Of a stretch of 64,000 bases of DNA, positions 12,968-23,589 are shown piece after piece (within the stretch, counting starts at the first letter, position 1; every line of letters starts with the position of its first letter). Made by a program: the position numbers and the translations under genes. Under the pieces are notes generated by a model, which saw only the letters and a list, made by a program, of their open reading frames with translations, was not told the origin of the DNA and did no database searches. Origin of the DNA: Narcine bancroftii. Taxonomy: Eukaryota. The stretch covers positions 27,280,001-27,344,000 of the forward strand of contig NC_091476.1 in NCBI RefSeq assembly GCF_036971445.1. Reading direction: 5' to 3'.

Positions 12968-13072
12968 CTCTCCAATACAGAGTCCCATCACTTCCTCCTT
13001 TTCCGTGGACAGAGCGTGGTTTAAGCAGACCAGGAAAGCGTCGGCATCCAGATGAACCCCGCACACCGCCAT
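12968..13072 (-). CDS. BRCC3: BRCC3/BRCC36 K63-specific JAMM deubiquitinase, coding exon 1
   Basis: ATG at 13072 encodes MAVCGVHLDADAFLVCLNHALSTEKEEVMGLCIGE. Donor is GAG|gtaccg. The exon lies in a CpG island. Confidence 0.96.
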
Positions 13073-13889
13073 GCCCGTCCGCCAACCGCGGCGATTCAAA
13101 TCCAAAACTCGATTTATGGAAACCCAACGTTCTCCCTTCGGGCAGAGGGGCAACCCAGTCGGCCGTCCGCCGGAACATGTGGGCCGCGACACTGGGTTCC
13201 GGGTCACTCCCCGGGGCGGACACGATGGCACCAGCGGCGCCAGATTTCAGCCCCTTTACATTTCATGGTGGTTAAAGGAAATGAAATGTCCTTGTTCTTA
13301 ACCCTCGGTGCATCGGATCCCTGGAAACCGTTTGATTATTGTTTTTTTTTTGTTTAAATGGGTGTTCCTTCTGGGGTTAACCCGAGCAGAGTTTGAGGTG
13401 ACACCGTGTCTCTGAGCTTGGGGAAGGTGAGTAAGAGTGTTGTTGCGTCTGAAATCTGACGCAGCTGTAATTGGAACTAGAGATGATCCGAGAAACTTTT
13501 TATTTGTAGTAAGGCAAGTTGGCCCATTCGGAAAAAGAAAGCATTAACGTTCGGAATGTGAGAGCTACCTGGGACTCTCTCCAGCCAGGAGCATTTAATT
13601 AAGTTTCTGGACCGTAGTTGAGCACGAAAGTCTGCAGACACCGTGTAAAAACACAACGTTGGAGAAACTTAGCAGGCCAAACAATGGAGTTTTTGTAGCA
13701 AAGTTATAGATACATAACCAGTGTTTCGGGTGTGACCCCTTCAAGGTGTGATCCAATGCACCTGTCTACATTTTGCTCATACCTGGATGAAGGGATGGTG
13801 CCCTTTTTGTTCAGGCGTCCCTGCTGACATTTTGCTCATACCCTGATGAAGGGCTCCAGGTGGTTATGTACCTTTAGCTTTGCCGTATT

Positions 13890-14163
13890 ATTGACCACCG
13901 CCAGTGGGCTGAGACCGCCTCAAACCGTGCATCTTGGCGCCTCACAGTTCAGCGGGCAGCAACCTCCTTTGAAGAAGACCGCAGAGCCCACCTCACTGTC
14001 AAAAGACAAAGGAGGAAAAGCCCAACCCCCAACCCCAACCCACCAATTTTCCCTTGCAACCGTGTCTGCCTGTCCCGCATCGGACTTGTCAGCCACAAAC
14101 GAGCCTGCAGCTGACGTGGACTTTACCCCTCCATAAATCTTTGTCCGCGAAGCCAAGCCAATG
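13890..14163 (+). mobile_element. RTE LINE 3' fragment
   Basis: Same family as 37201-38143, covering the C-terminal ORF remnant and 3' terminus. Confidence 0.85.
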
Positions 14164-14518
14164 AAAAAAAAAAATTAAAGTACACTGCTGCATTTCTCCA
14201 GGATGCAGAACATAGATAGTACCTGAATTTTAGATTTTTCTTTGCTGCAGATAAATTCATTGCAAATCTTAGCAATGCGAGGCATGAGGGGTGTTTCTGT
14301 GGTATTTAAAAGCTCATTGAGATTTATTATTTGGGGGATTCTCCAGCACGTTTGTGTATTGCACTACATTCCCTGTGTCTGCAGACTTTGCTATTTAAGT
14401 TTATTATTTTAGGATAGAGCTCTGAAAAATGATAGCCCCCATTTCTTTCTCCAAAATATTGCTTACATTGTAATGCTTTAAAATAAAGTGTAAACACTTA
14501 TACACTATTTGTACTTGA

Positions 14519-15940
14519 CCAATCTGACCAATCTGATTGAATTTTTTGAAGAGGTGACGAGGAATGTGGATGAGGGTAGCGCAGTGGATGTTGTCTATAT
14601 GGACTTCAGTAAGGCCTTCGATAAGGTACCACATGGAAGGTTAGTTAGGAAGGTGCAGTCTTTAGGTATAACTTTTAAGATAGTCAAATGGATTGAACAT
14701 TGGCTGAAAGGGAGAGGCCAAAGAGTGGTAGTGGATAATTGTCTGTCAGGTTGGAGGCCGGTGACCAGTGGTGTGCCTCAAGGATCTGTATTGGGCCCAT
14801 TGTTGTTCGTTATATACATTAATGATCTAGATGATGGGGTGGTGAATTGGATTAGTAAATATGCAGACGATACTAAGATAGGTGGAATAGTGGATAATGA
14901 AGAAGGTTTTCAAGGATTGCAGAGGGATTTGGGCTGCTTAGAAAAGTGGGCTGAAAAATGGCAGATGGAATTTAATGCTGATAAGTGTGAGGTGCTTCAT
15001 TTTGGTAAGAAGAATCAGAATAGGACATACGTGGTAAATGGGAGAGCATTGAGGAATACAGAAGAGCAGAAAGATTTAGGAGTAACGGTACATCGTTCCC
15101 TGAAGGTAGAAACTCACGTGAATAGGGTGGTGAAGAAGGCTTTTAGTATGCTGGCCTTTATCAATCATTGCATGGAATATAGGAGTTGGGAGGTGATGTT
15201 GATATTGTATAAGATGTTGGTGCGGCCTAATTTGGAGTTCTGTGTGCAGTTCTGGTCGCCTAATTATAGGAAGGATATAAACAGAGTGGAGAGAGTGCAG
15301 AGAAGGTTTACCAGAATGTTGCCTGGGTTTAAGCATCTGGAGTATGGGGAGAGATTGGACAGATTGGGTCTTTATTCTTTGGAGTGTAGAAGGTTGAGAG
15401 GGGATTTGATAGAAGTATTTAAGATTATGAAAGGGATAGACAGAGTGGATGTGGATAGACTATTTCCGTTAAGAGGAGGAAAGATTAAAACAAGAGGACA
15501 TGAGTTAAGAATTAAGGGGCAGAGGTTTAGAGGTAACATGAGTGGGAACTTCTTTACTCAGAGAGTGGTGGCCGTGTGGAATGATCTTCCGGGAGAAATA
15601 GTGGCGGCGGAGTCAATTGTATTATTTAAGAAAAGGTTGGACAGGTAATTGTATTATTTAAGAAAAGGTTGGACAGGTATATGGATGAGAAGAAGATGGA
15701 GGGTTATGGGCATTGTGCAGGGAGGTGGGACTAGAAAGGGGTGTTTGGTTCGGTGCGGACTAGAAGGGCCTAATGGCCTGTTTCCGTGCTGTAATTGTTA
15801 TGTTATGTTATATGGATGAGAAGAAGATGGAGGGTTATGGGCATTGTGCAGGGAGGTGGGACTAGAAAGGGGTGTTTGGTTCGGTGCGGACTAGAAGGGC
15901 CTAATGGCCTGTTTCCGTGCTGTAATTGTTATGTTATGTT
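14519..15940 (+). mobile_element. Young 5'-truncated CR1 LINE in the CMC4 first intron
   Basis: Uninterrupted 379-aa RT frame (YMDFSKAFDKVPH, GVPQGSVLGP, KYADD), a (TGTTA)n tail, and ACTTGA on both sides (14513-14518, 15941-15946). Confidence 0.93.
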
Positions 15941-16269
15941 ACTTGAATTTAGATTTATTGTCAGAGTACATACCGGACATCACATACAACCCTGATATTC
16001 TCTTTCCTGTGGGCGAGGCAGATTAACCACTTATTGGCAGTACAAAAGAAAACTGTACTCAATGTACACGTCAAAAAAATTGCAATACAATGAGAAAAAA
16101 AATCAATAAAGTGCAAAAGTAAGAATCTTTAAATAAGTTCCTGATTGAGTTTGTTGATGGTTGAGAGGTAGCAGCTGTTCCTGAACCTGGTTGTGCGAGC
16201 CTTGTGGCACCTATACCTCTATCCTGATGGTATAATCCTTGATTATAGATGGCAGTGTTCCCTGTAGAT

Positions 16270-16926
16270 CAGGGGTGTCAAACTCAAATTCACAGAGGGC
16301 CAAAATTAAAAACTTGGACTAAGTCGTGGGCCAAACTAAATATTTATTGAAAACTTTCAACAACATCTGCATGTTTTCTCTTCTTTCAACATATGTAATG
16401 TTAAACTTTTTCTTATTAAAATAAATGTTTAATAATAGTTTTGGTTAAACTCTTTCCAGAAGAAGCATTAACAAATGAGAAATAAAATATTCAATCAATA
16501 ATATTTCTCAATAGCCTTTAAGCTCCTTTTAAATGTATTTTTTTTCACAAGCCAACAAGTCAAAAAAATAACAACTTGCTTCAATGACAAACAGGTTTGT
16601 CTTTTAAAATGATGAACATATAGTCTCCCTCCCACCTGTCTTGAAAGGTCCTGTTTTCTGTCTTTCGTTTGGCCATTTTTCGTATGGGGTTTATTACATG
16701 TGAGTTGGGCGACAGGTTGCAGATGCTAATGAAAGTAAAGAGAGGAGGTGGGGGCGATAAGCGGGCTGACGGGCCGGCGCCAACACATTTGCAAAGCATT
16801 CTGGGATTTGTACTGACGTGGCGGCCAGCGGGCCAGCTCTAATACATATTTGATATGATCTTGCGGGCCAAATATAATTATATCACGGGCCAAATTTGGC
16901 CTGCGGGCCTGAATTTGACATGTGTG
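16270..16926 (-). mobile_element. Non-autonomous hAT (Charlie/Buster-type) transposon, copy 1
   Basis: TIR CAGGGGTGTCAAACTC...TTTGACATGTGTG, 8-bp TSD CTGTAGAT, and a transposase N-terminal remnant MAKRKTENRTFQDRWEGDYMF. Confidence 0.92.
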
Positions 16927-18239
16927 CTGTAGATGTTCTCAATGGACTTGAAGGAATTTCACTTATTTTATATAATGGAAGGGGGAATAAAATATTTATA
17001 AACTTCTAGCAGACTGCTGTAAAAAGTGTTCCATGATTTGTCCACATATTAAATGCAGTATGCAGTATAACATTCCATACACCAAGGAGGTAGCTATCAT
17101 AGTATTGTTGCATAGAATCAAGCCCTTTGGTCCACCATGTCCAAGCAGACTATGAAGGAATTATCTCTCCAAATCATATATTTTTCAGTACTTTGTCTGT
17201 AGCACCTTTGCAGCAGCAATTCAGGTGTTTCTTAAATGTTGTGAGAATATCTGTTTCCATCATACACTCAGGCAGTATGTTCCAAATTCCAACCACCATT
17301 TGGGTTAAAAAAAATCTTTTGATTTAATCCCTTACCCTAAATGTGGCTTTTGATTTTATACACCTATTAAGAGGGAAAGGCCTATTTATGCCTCTCATAA
17401 TTTTGCCCATCTTTATCAGGTTCTCTCTCAGTTTCCTCTGACTGGATCAATAAAGGACTCAAGCCAGAAACATTGGTTATGTTTCTTTATCTTTGCTATA
17501 CAAAGTACACTGTTCGACATGCTGAGTTTCTCCAACATTGTGTTCTTACTTCAACCACGGTGTCTGCAGACATGTTTTACTTCCTTTCCTCTGACTAGCT
17601 TACCTGGTCTCCATATTACTGAAACCTTACATCAAAAGCAATGTCCAAGTAAACTCCTTTACAATACAATTGCATCCTTCCTTTGATGTAAAGGCATAAT
17701 TGAGGGGAGATCCTGTTTGAATAAATACATTGATGAGAACAGTGTGGTTGATGTGATATACATGGACTTTGACTTTGTGCCACATAGAAAACTGGTCCCA
17801 AAGTTTAGTGCTCATGGAAGCCAATACGAGTTGGAAATTTGGATTGAAAATTAGCTTGATTAAAGGGGGCAGAATATGGTAGAGCACATAACCACTTTAA
17901 GTATTCCCTATGCCATAAGTGCTCTGTGGATTATTTAAAGTGGTATGTGAGTGGGAAGGGAAGGTTGAGAACCACTGTTTTAATCGTACCTAATTGACTT
18001 ATTATGTTCACGGTTTCATAACTCCAAAGGAAATGGGCTAATGATAATTTTTCTCAAACAAAATATTTCAGTAACAATTGGGTCTAGAGCAGTGATTCTC
18101 AATCTATGTCTAAAATTAAATTGTCTCTGTGACAAATGTAAAATTGCTGATTCTTCTTTGGTTCACATGTTCTGGGCTTGCCCTAGTTTAGAAAAACTTT
18201 GGAAAGATATCTTTCAAACCTAAAGTAGTAACAAATGGA

Positions 18240-18930
18240 CAGGTATCTATGCCATTTAATTTAACAAGATCAAGTAGACAAAGATGTCCTTTGTCACCAG
18301 CTTTATTTCTTATGGCTATAGAACTGCTTGTCCAGATGGTTTGCTAGGATTTACAAATTAAGGGTTTTAGGGTAGGTCAAGAAGAACATACAATTAGCTT
18401 ATTTGCAGATGATATTTTAATATATTTGACTGAACCTGAGTCATCTTTACCTAGATTATATGTCCAATTGGAATAAAATGAGAAAGTTTCAGGTTATAAA
18501 ATAAATTGAGATAAAAGTGAAATTATGCCTTTGACAGTAGGTGATTACACCCAGGGTCAGAGAGATACACAGTTTAAATGGCCAAAGGAAGGTATTAAAT
18601 ATTTAGGAATACATATGGATAACAATTTGAAGAATTTATATAAATTGAATTATTTATCTTTACTTAAAAAGATCGAGGAAGATTTTTTTACAAATTGAAA
18701 AATTTACCTTTGGATTTTAAATTGGAAGAGTGAATTGTATAAAGATTAATCATTTTTAGACAATACCAATATTAATACCTCAAGAATCTTTTCAAGAATT
18801 AAATAAACAAATAAGGACATTTTGGAAAAGTAAAATGGCAAGAGTTTCTATAGAGAAGTTAATGTGGAAATATGAATTATGAGGACTACAGCTTCCTAAT
18901 TTTAAGAATTATTATCGAGTGGCTCAGATT
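18240..18930 (+). mobile_element. Decayed L1-clade RT fragment
   Basis: SRQRCPLSP, ISLFADDILIYL, SGYKIN and IKYLGI motifs interrupted by stops. Confidence 0.75.
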
Positions 18931-19205
18931 GATGACAGCAGGGAAAGAATCTCAGGGTTTCATGTGATGTCATGTATGTACTCTGGCAATAAATTTGAAC
19001 TTTGAGGTGTTCCATCCATTTTTTACTTTTGCAATTTCAAAATCAGAATTTTACATCTTCAAATGTTTGTAAGGTGCTTAATGGGCTTTGGATCGCAAAT
19101 ATTTTCTGAGAGAATCAGTCCTTCAGAAGGATCAATGGATATGAAATAATTGTATTAAAATTGAAAAAATGGTCCAAATGATTGTTTTTCTTTCTAAGGT
19201 ACGCC

Positions 19206-19263
19206 ATGTCTGCCAAAGACCCCTGCCAAAAACAAGCCTGTGAAATACAGAAGTGTCTACAAG
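19206..19263 (+). CDS. CMC4: CMC4 (Cx9C motif protein 4, p8MTCP1), first coding exon
   Basis: Acceptor ttttctttctaag, then GTACGCC ATG encoding MSAKDPCQKQACEIQKCLQ, donor G|gtgaaa (58 coding nt). Confidence 0.95.
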
Positions 19264-19819
19264 GTGAAATTCATTATTCCCATAACCTTTAAAACACTTT
19301 GCTCTGACATTCATTTTGTACGGCTGTACGTTAATTATTATGCAGCTGTTTAGTCTCTTTGAAATCTAGGTTAATGTAATTTGATTTTATTAAACAATTT
19401 TGTACGGTATTGTAAAATTATCAACTATAATACAATTTGTAAACAGAATTTTAGTTGAGCAACGCCCTTCAGTGGGTGTGGTTTACCTTCCAACACTAAT
19501 TTTATAAACTTTGCAGCATTATTCATTACTCTTACAGAAAATGATAATCAAAATAATTCATGTATTAGAAAAAAAACCTTTTATTCTTCAGAACTTTTAA
19601 CTTTTTATAAAAGTAATATTTGGATTTTGTACAGACACAGTTTAATCATAACTTATTTTAACAATCACTTTCTCAGGGTCAAGCCCCCTTCTGGAGTCAG
19701 TTCAATGCATAACAGGGAGCACGGCGGTAGGAATTCGTGATGGGTTGAGCTTCTGCATGGAAAGCAAATTAGATGAATGCTTAACATCACAGAATTTTTA
19801 TTTTGTGCTTTTTTTATAG

Positions 19820-19941
19820 TTCATCATTATCAAGAAAGCAAATGTCAACGTGTGATCCAAGAAATGCACAAGTGCTGTAAGATACATGCAAGCAAGTCAG
19901 TTTGCTGTTCAGGATTTTTGAAAGGAGAGGAGAAAGCCTGA
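19820..19941 (+). CDS. CMC4: CMC4 second coding exon
   Basis: Acceptor ttttttatag, then (V)HHYQESKCQRVIQEMHKCCKIHASKSVCCSGFLKGEEKA*. The total protein is 59 aa with the CMC4 cysteine pattern. Confidence 0.95.
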
Positions 19942-20319
19942 GAGCTATTCTCTGATTGCCAGCCCTGAACACCAGTCTCTCCTTTTCTGATTGTCGTGGT
20001 GTCGCAGAAAACCAAGTCACAATAATTTATCATCCAGGATGGACAATATTCACCCCAAATATTACATTGTAAGTGTTTGCTCTTTTGTATGTTTAATTAT
20101 GTATTGACATTTTTAATTAGCAATCAATTATGGATTAATTATTGGTAAACTATCAATCATGGAATTGCGTTGGAGTACCAGTGAGTGCTCGGATTTGTTC
20201 TCAGGGCCCAAAGACTCAGAGGTTAATTGGATACTCTGATTTGTCCTGTGTTAAATAGTTGGAAAGAAAATTGAGGAGAAATGATGGACATTTGAAAGAG
20301 TAGTCTGCGGAGTGTTAAG

Positions 20320-20722
20320 AGAGGAGGACCATCGCCTTCCCAAGATCGTGTTCTATGGCGAGCTCCCCACTGGCCACGGAGACAGAGGTGCACCAAAGAA
20401 GAGGACCAAGGACTGCCTAAAGAAATCTCTTGGTGCCTGCCCCATTGACCCCTGCCAGTGGGCTGATCTCGCCTCCAACGGTGCATCTTGGCGCCTCACA
20501 GTTCGGCGGGCAGCAACCTCCTTTGAAGAAGATCACAGAGCCCACCTCGCTGACAAAAGACAAAGGAGGAAAAACCCTACCCCCAACCCCAACCCACCAA
20601 TTTTCCGCTGCAACCGTGCCTGCCTGTCCCGCATTGGACTTGTCAGCCACCAACGAGCCTGCAGCTGACGTGGACATTACCCCTCCATAAATCTTCGTCC
20701 ACGAAGCCAAGCCAAAGAAGAA
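20320..20722 (+). mobile_element. RTE LINE 3' fragment
   Basis: EDHRLPKIVFYGEL...RIGLVSHQRACS* followed by the family 3' terminus. Confidence 0.88.
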
Positions 20723-21689
20723 GGAGAAATGATAGGACCTGCTATTTTTTTTCATTCTGAGAACTGTTACAGGCTCTAACCAAATGGCCTTTTATGTCAC
20801 ATGAGTAAAATGAAATGGATCTTTATTCTTATATTGTAAATCCCATATTCTTTCCCAATTTAACAAAACTCTCCACAGGTTGTAAATCATAATTATGTTC
20901 CTGCTTTTATAGTCAATGTCGTAAATCATACTTGTTACAAGCTATCTTTTAGAATGTACAGGAACATCTGAAAACTGAAATTAATTTGCTTCCAGTTAAT
21001 CTGTACATAAGATGCTTAAATAGTGATTAATAAGCTACTTTCAGAGATTTTAGTGACTACAGAAAGGTGGCAACTCCAGCTGCTTTAAGTCTCAGTCAAA
21101 CAAGTTTGTTTTTGATGTAAAATTGATCTGATTCAGAATTTATTGTCATGAACATATTTTGTGGCAGCGTCACAGTGCAAATATTGCTATAAATTATATT
21201 TTTAAAATATAAAATACGATAAAGTGCAGTAGTGCCTGTGGTTCATTGGCCAATCATAAATCTGATGGTGGACAGGAAGAAGCTGTGAATCAAAACTAAA
21301 TTTTGCTGTACAAGTTACTTCCTTGAAAGTTTTCTTTTGGATCATTGTTGCCCATAAAAATGAGTAAGTTTGAGGTAGAGAAACTTGTAACCCATGACAC
21401 CTTCCCAGAGATTAATGTGAGATTTACCTTGATATTTCAATGCAATTTGACCGAAGCCTGCATGCTTTAGTGGCATTCATCTTTGCCACATGTGCAGTAA
21501 ATCCAAACTGATATTGGGATGCCTGTCTTGACTCCAGCTCCCATTCTTGCAGCATTAACATTCAGAGCAATCACCTTATTACATTGCAAGGTTTTATCAA
21601 CTTTATGAATGCTTGAAGTTTGTCATGTACATGAGTCAAATACAAATGCAATGAATATATTACTTCCTGCAGCTTCCCAGCTGTACTCT

Positions 21690-21885
21690 CTTTGGCTTGG
21701 CTTCGCGGACGAAGATTTATGTCCATGTCAGCTGCAGGCTCGTTTGTGGCTGACAAGTCCGATGCAGGACAGGCAGACACGGTTGCAGCGGAAAATTGGT
21801 TGGTTGGGGTTGGGTGTTGGGTTTTTCCTCCTTTGCCTTTTGTCAGTGAGGTGGGCTCTGCGGTCTTCTTCAAAGAAGGTTGCTG
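21690..21885 (-). mobile_element. RTE LINE 3' fragment
   Basis: FEEDRRAHLTDKRQRRK...SHKRACS* followed by the 3' terminus. Confidence 0.85.
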
Positions 21886-22399
21886 ACCGCAACACACAAG
21901 GATAGATAATAATGATGAAAGAGGAAAAACAATGTAGAAGAATCACAGGAGACTACAGATGCTGGAATCTGAAGTTAAACATGCTCTAGTGGAGGAACTC
22001 TGAGGGTCATGCAGCATTAGTAGGAGAATAAATGGTTGAGCCAAACTCCTTATCAAGACTATGTAGTAAAGAGGACAGGGTTTGATGAGGGCAGTTGGAA
22101 ATAAATTAGTGTAATAAAATGTGCTGAGCCAGTAGTGCAGACAGATCTTTGGTGGTTTGAGGTAGTGTTGTGGTGAGATTGATGCCGGGAGATTAAAGAG
22201 GCTGATGGCTATGGGGGTTGGGGGGAGGGGAGATATACTGTTCTTGAACCAAGTGGTGCCGTACTTCAGACTTCTATTCCTTCTGCTTGAAGGTCGCATG
22301 ACCGTATTGATGGGAGTTTTATGATAACAGTTTACTTGAAGCAGCACCTCATCTACATATATAGTAAATACATATGTATACATATCTTTCCCAAGAGTT

Positions 22400-23385
22400 G
22401 ATGCTCATTCCCCAGAGGCTGGTGGAGAAGCTGTCCTTGATGGAACTCATCACTCCTCTCTGTAATTGGATCCTAGACTTCGTAATGGGAAAACCACATT
22501 CTGGGTCAGTAGCAGAATATCAAGTCCCTCACGCTGAGCATTGTCGCATCTCAGGTGTAATGACCCATGACTACATCGCCAGGTCCAGGTATCAGCAAGT
22601 TTGCAGATGACACGACAGTAGTCTGTCTCATCAGCAATGATAACTCACACTACAGAGAAGAGGTGGAAAATCTCGTGAAATAGTGCGAGAGGAACAACCT
22701 GAGTTTTAATGTGGACAAGACGGAGGAGATGATCACGGACTTCAGGAGGACTAGGAATGTCCACCCTCCACTACACATCAACAATTCTGCAGTGGAACCA
22801 TGTCCTTTGGAATTCACTTAACTAGTGACCTATCGAGGACACTCACATTTCACTCGTCAGGAAGACGCAACAGCAACTGTATTTCCTTAGAAGACTGAAA
22901 TGGACAAGGCTACTGATCACCATTATGTCAACCATCTGTAGCAGCTCTTTCAAGAGCATCATGGCAGGCTGCATCGCAGTGTGGTACAATGTAGTGTGGT
23001 ATGATCAGAGGTCAATCCACAGGACCACGGGCAGCAGAGAGGATTACTGGAGTCTCCCCTCAACTCCTCAACCCTCCACCTTCACCACCATCAACTTTGT
23101 TTTCCAGGCTCATTGTCTGAAAAGGATGCAAAAAAATCATTGCAGACCCCTTCCTGCTCAAAGCATCTTTCAGCTTCTTCCCAAAGTGTATAAGAATGCT
23201 GAACCAAAGGAACTGCTCACACTCACTATTCAAAACTCTCATTTGTACAAAATATGTCCTGCATATGTATTATTTGTCTGTGTGTGTTATGTCTGTTGTG
23301 TATCTGCATGTTTTGCACCGAGGGCTGGAGAACGTGGTTTCATCAGATTGTACTTGTACAATCAGATAACAATAAATTTGACTTA
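22400..23385 (+). mobile_element. Rex1/Babar-type LINE 3' fragment (decayed)
   Basis: [17 protein letters not shown] and QQLYFLRRL motifs. Ends in ACAATAAATTTGACTT. Confidence 0.75.
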
Positions 23386-23589
23386 AAACTCCTTGTATCC
23401 GCCACCTTTGGGAATAGGTAGATGCCGGATTAGTGTATTTTCTGGATGCTTGAGATTGGATGTGGCATGTTTAGTGAACTAATAGCAAGGCACACCAATT
23501 TTTAACTTATATTTTTTACCTATTTATTTTCCTCGATCTTTTTGCCACTTGCGTGATTTCCAGGTAACGGGTTTTACTGTATTCCGATC

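Larger units (their letters stand above)
12700..13470. promoter_or_regulatory. CpG island / bidirectional promoter shared by BRCC3 and CMC4
   Basis: GC- and CpG-rich island in an AT-rich background. It contains the BRCC3 ATG on the minus strand, a GC box GGGGCGGA near 13213, and a plus-strand consensus donor AAG|GTGAGT at 13426/13427 that fits a non-coding CMC4 exon 1. Confidence 0.8.

Noticed and set aside
12697-13357. Several overlapping ORFs in the CpG island
   Set aside because: High GC content depletes stop codons. Only the minus-strand BRCC3 exon 1 frame has recognisable homology.
14509-15648. 379-aa ORF as a host gene
   Set aside because: It is the 5'-truncated CR1 reverse transcriptase, with no real start codon, a LINE tail and flanking direct repeats.
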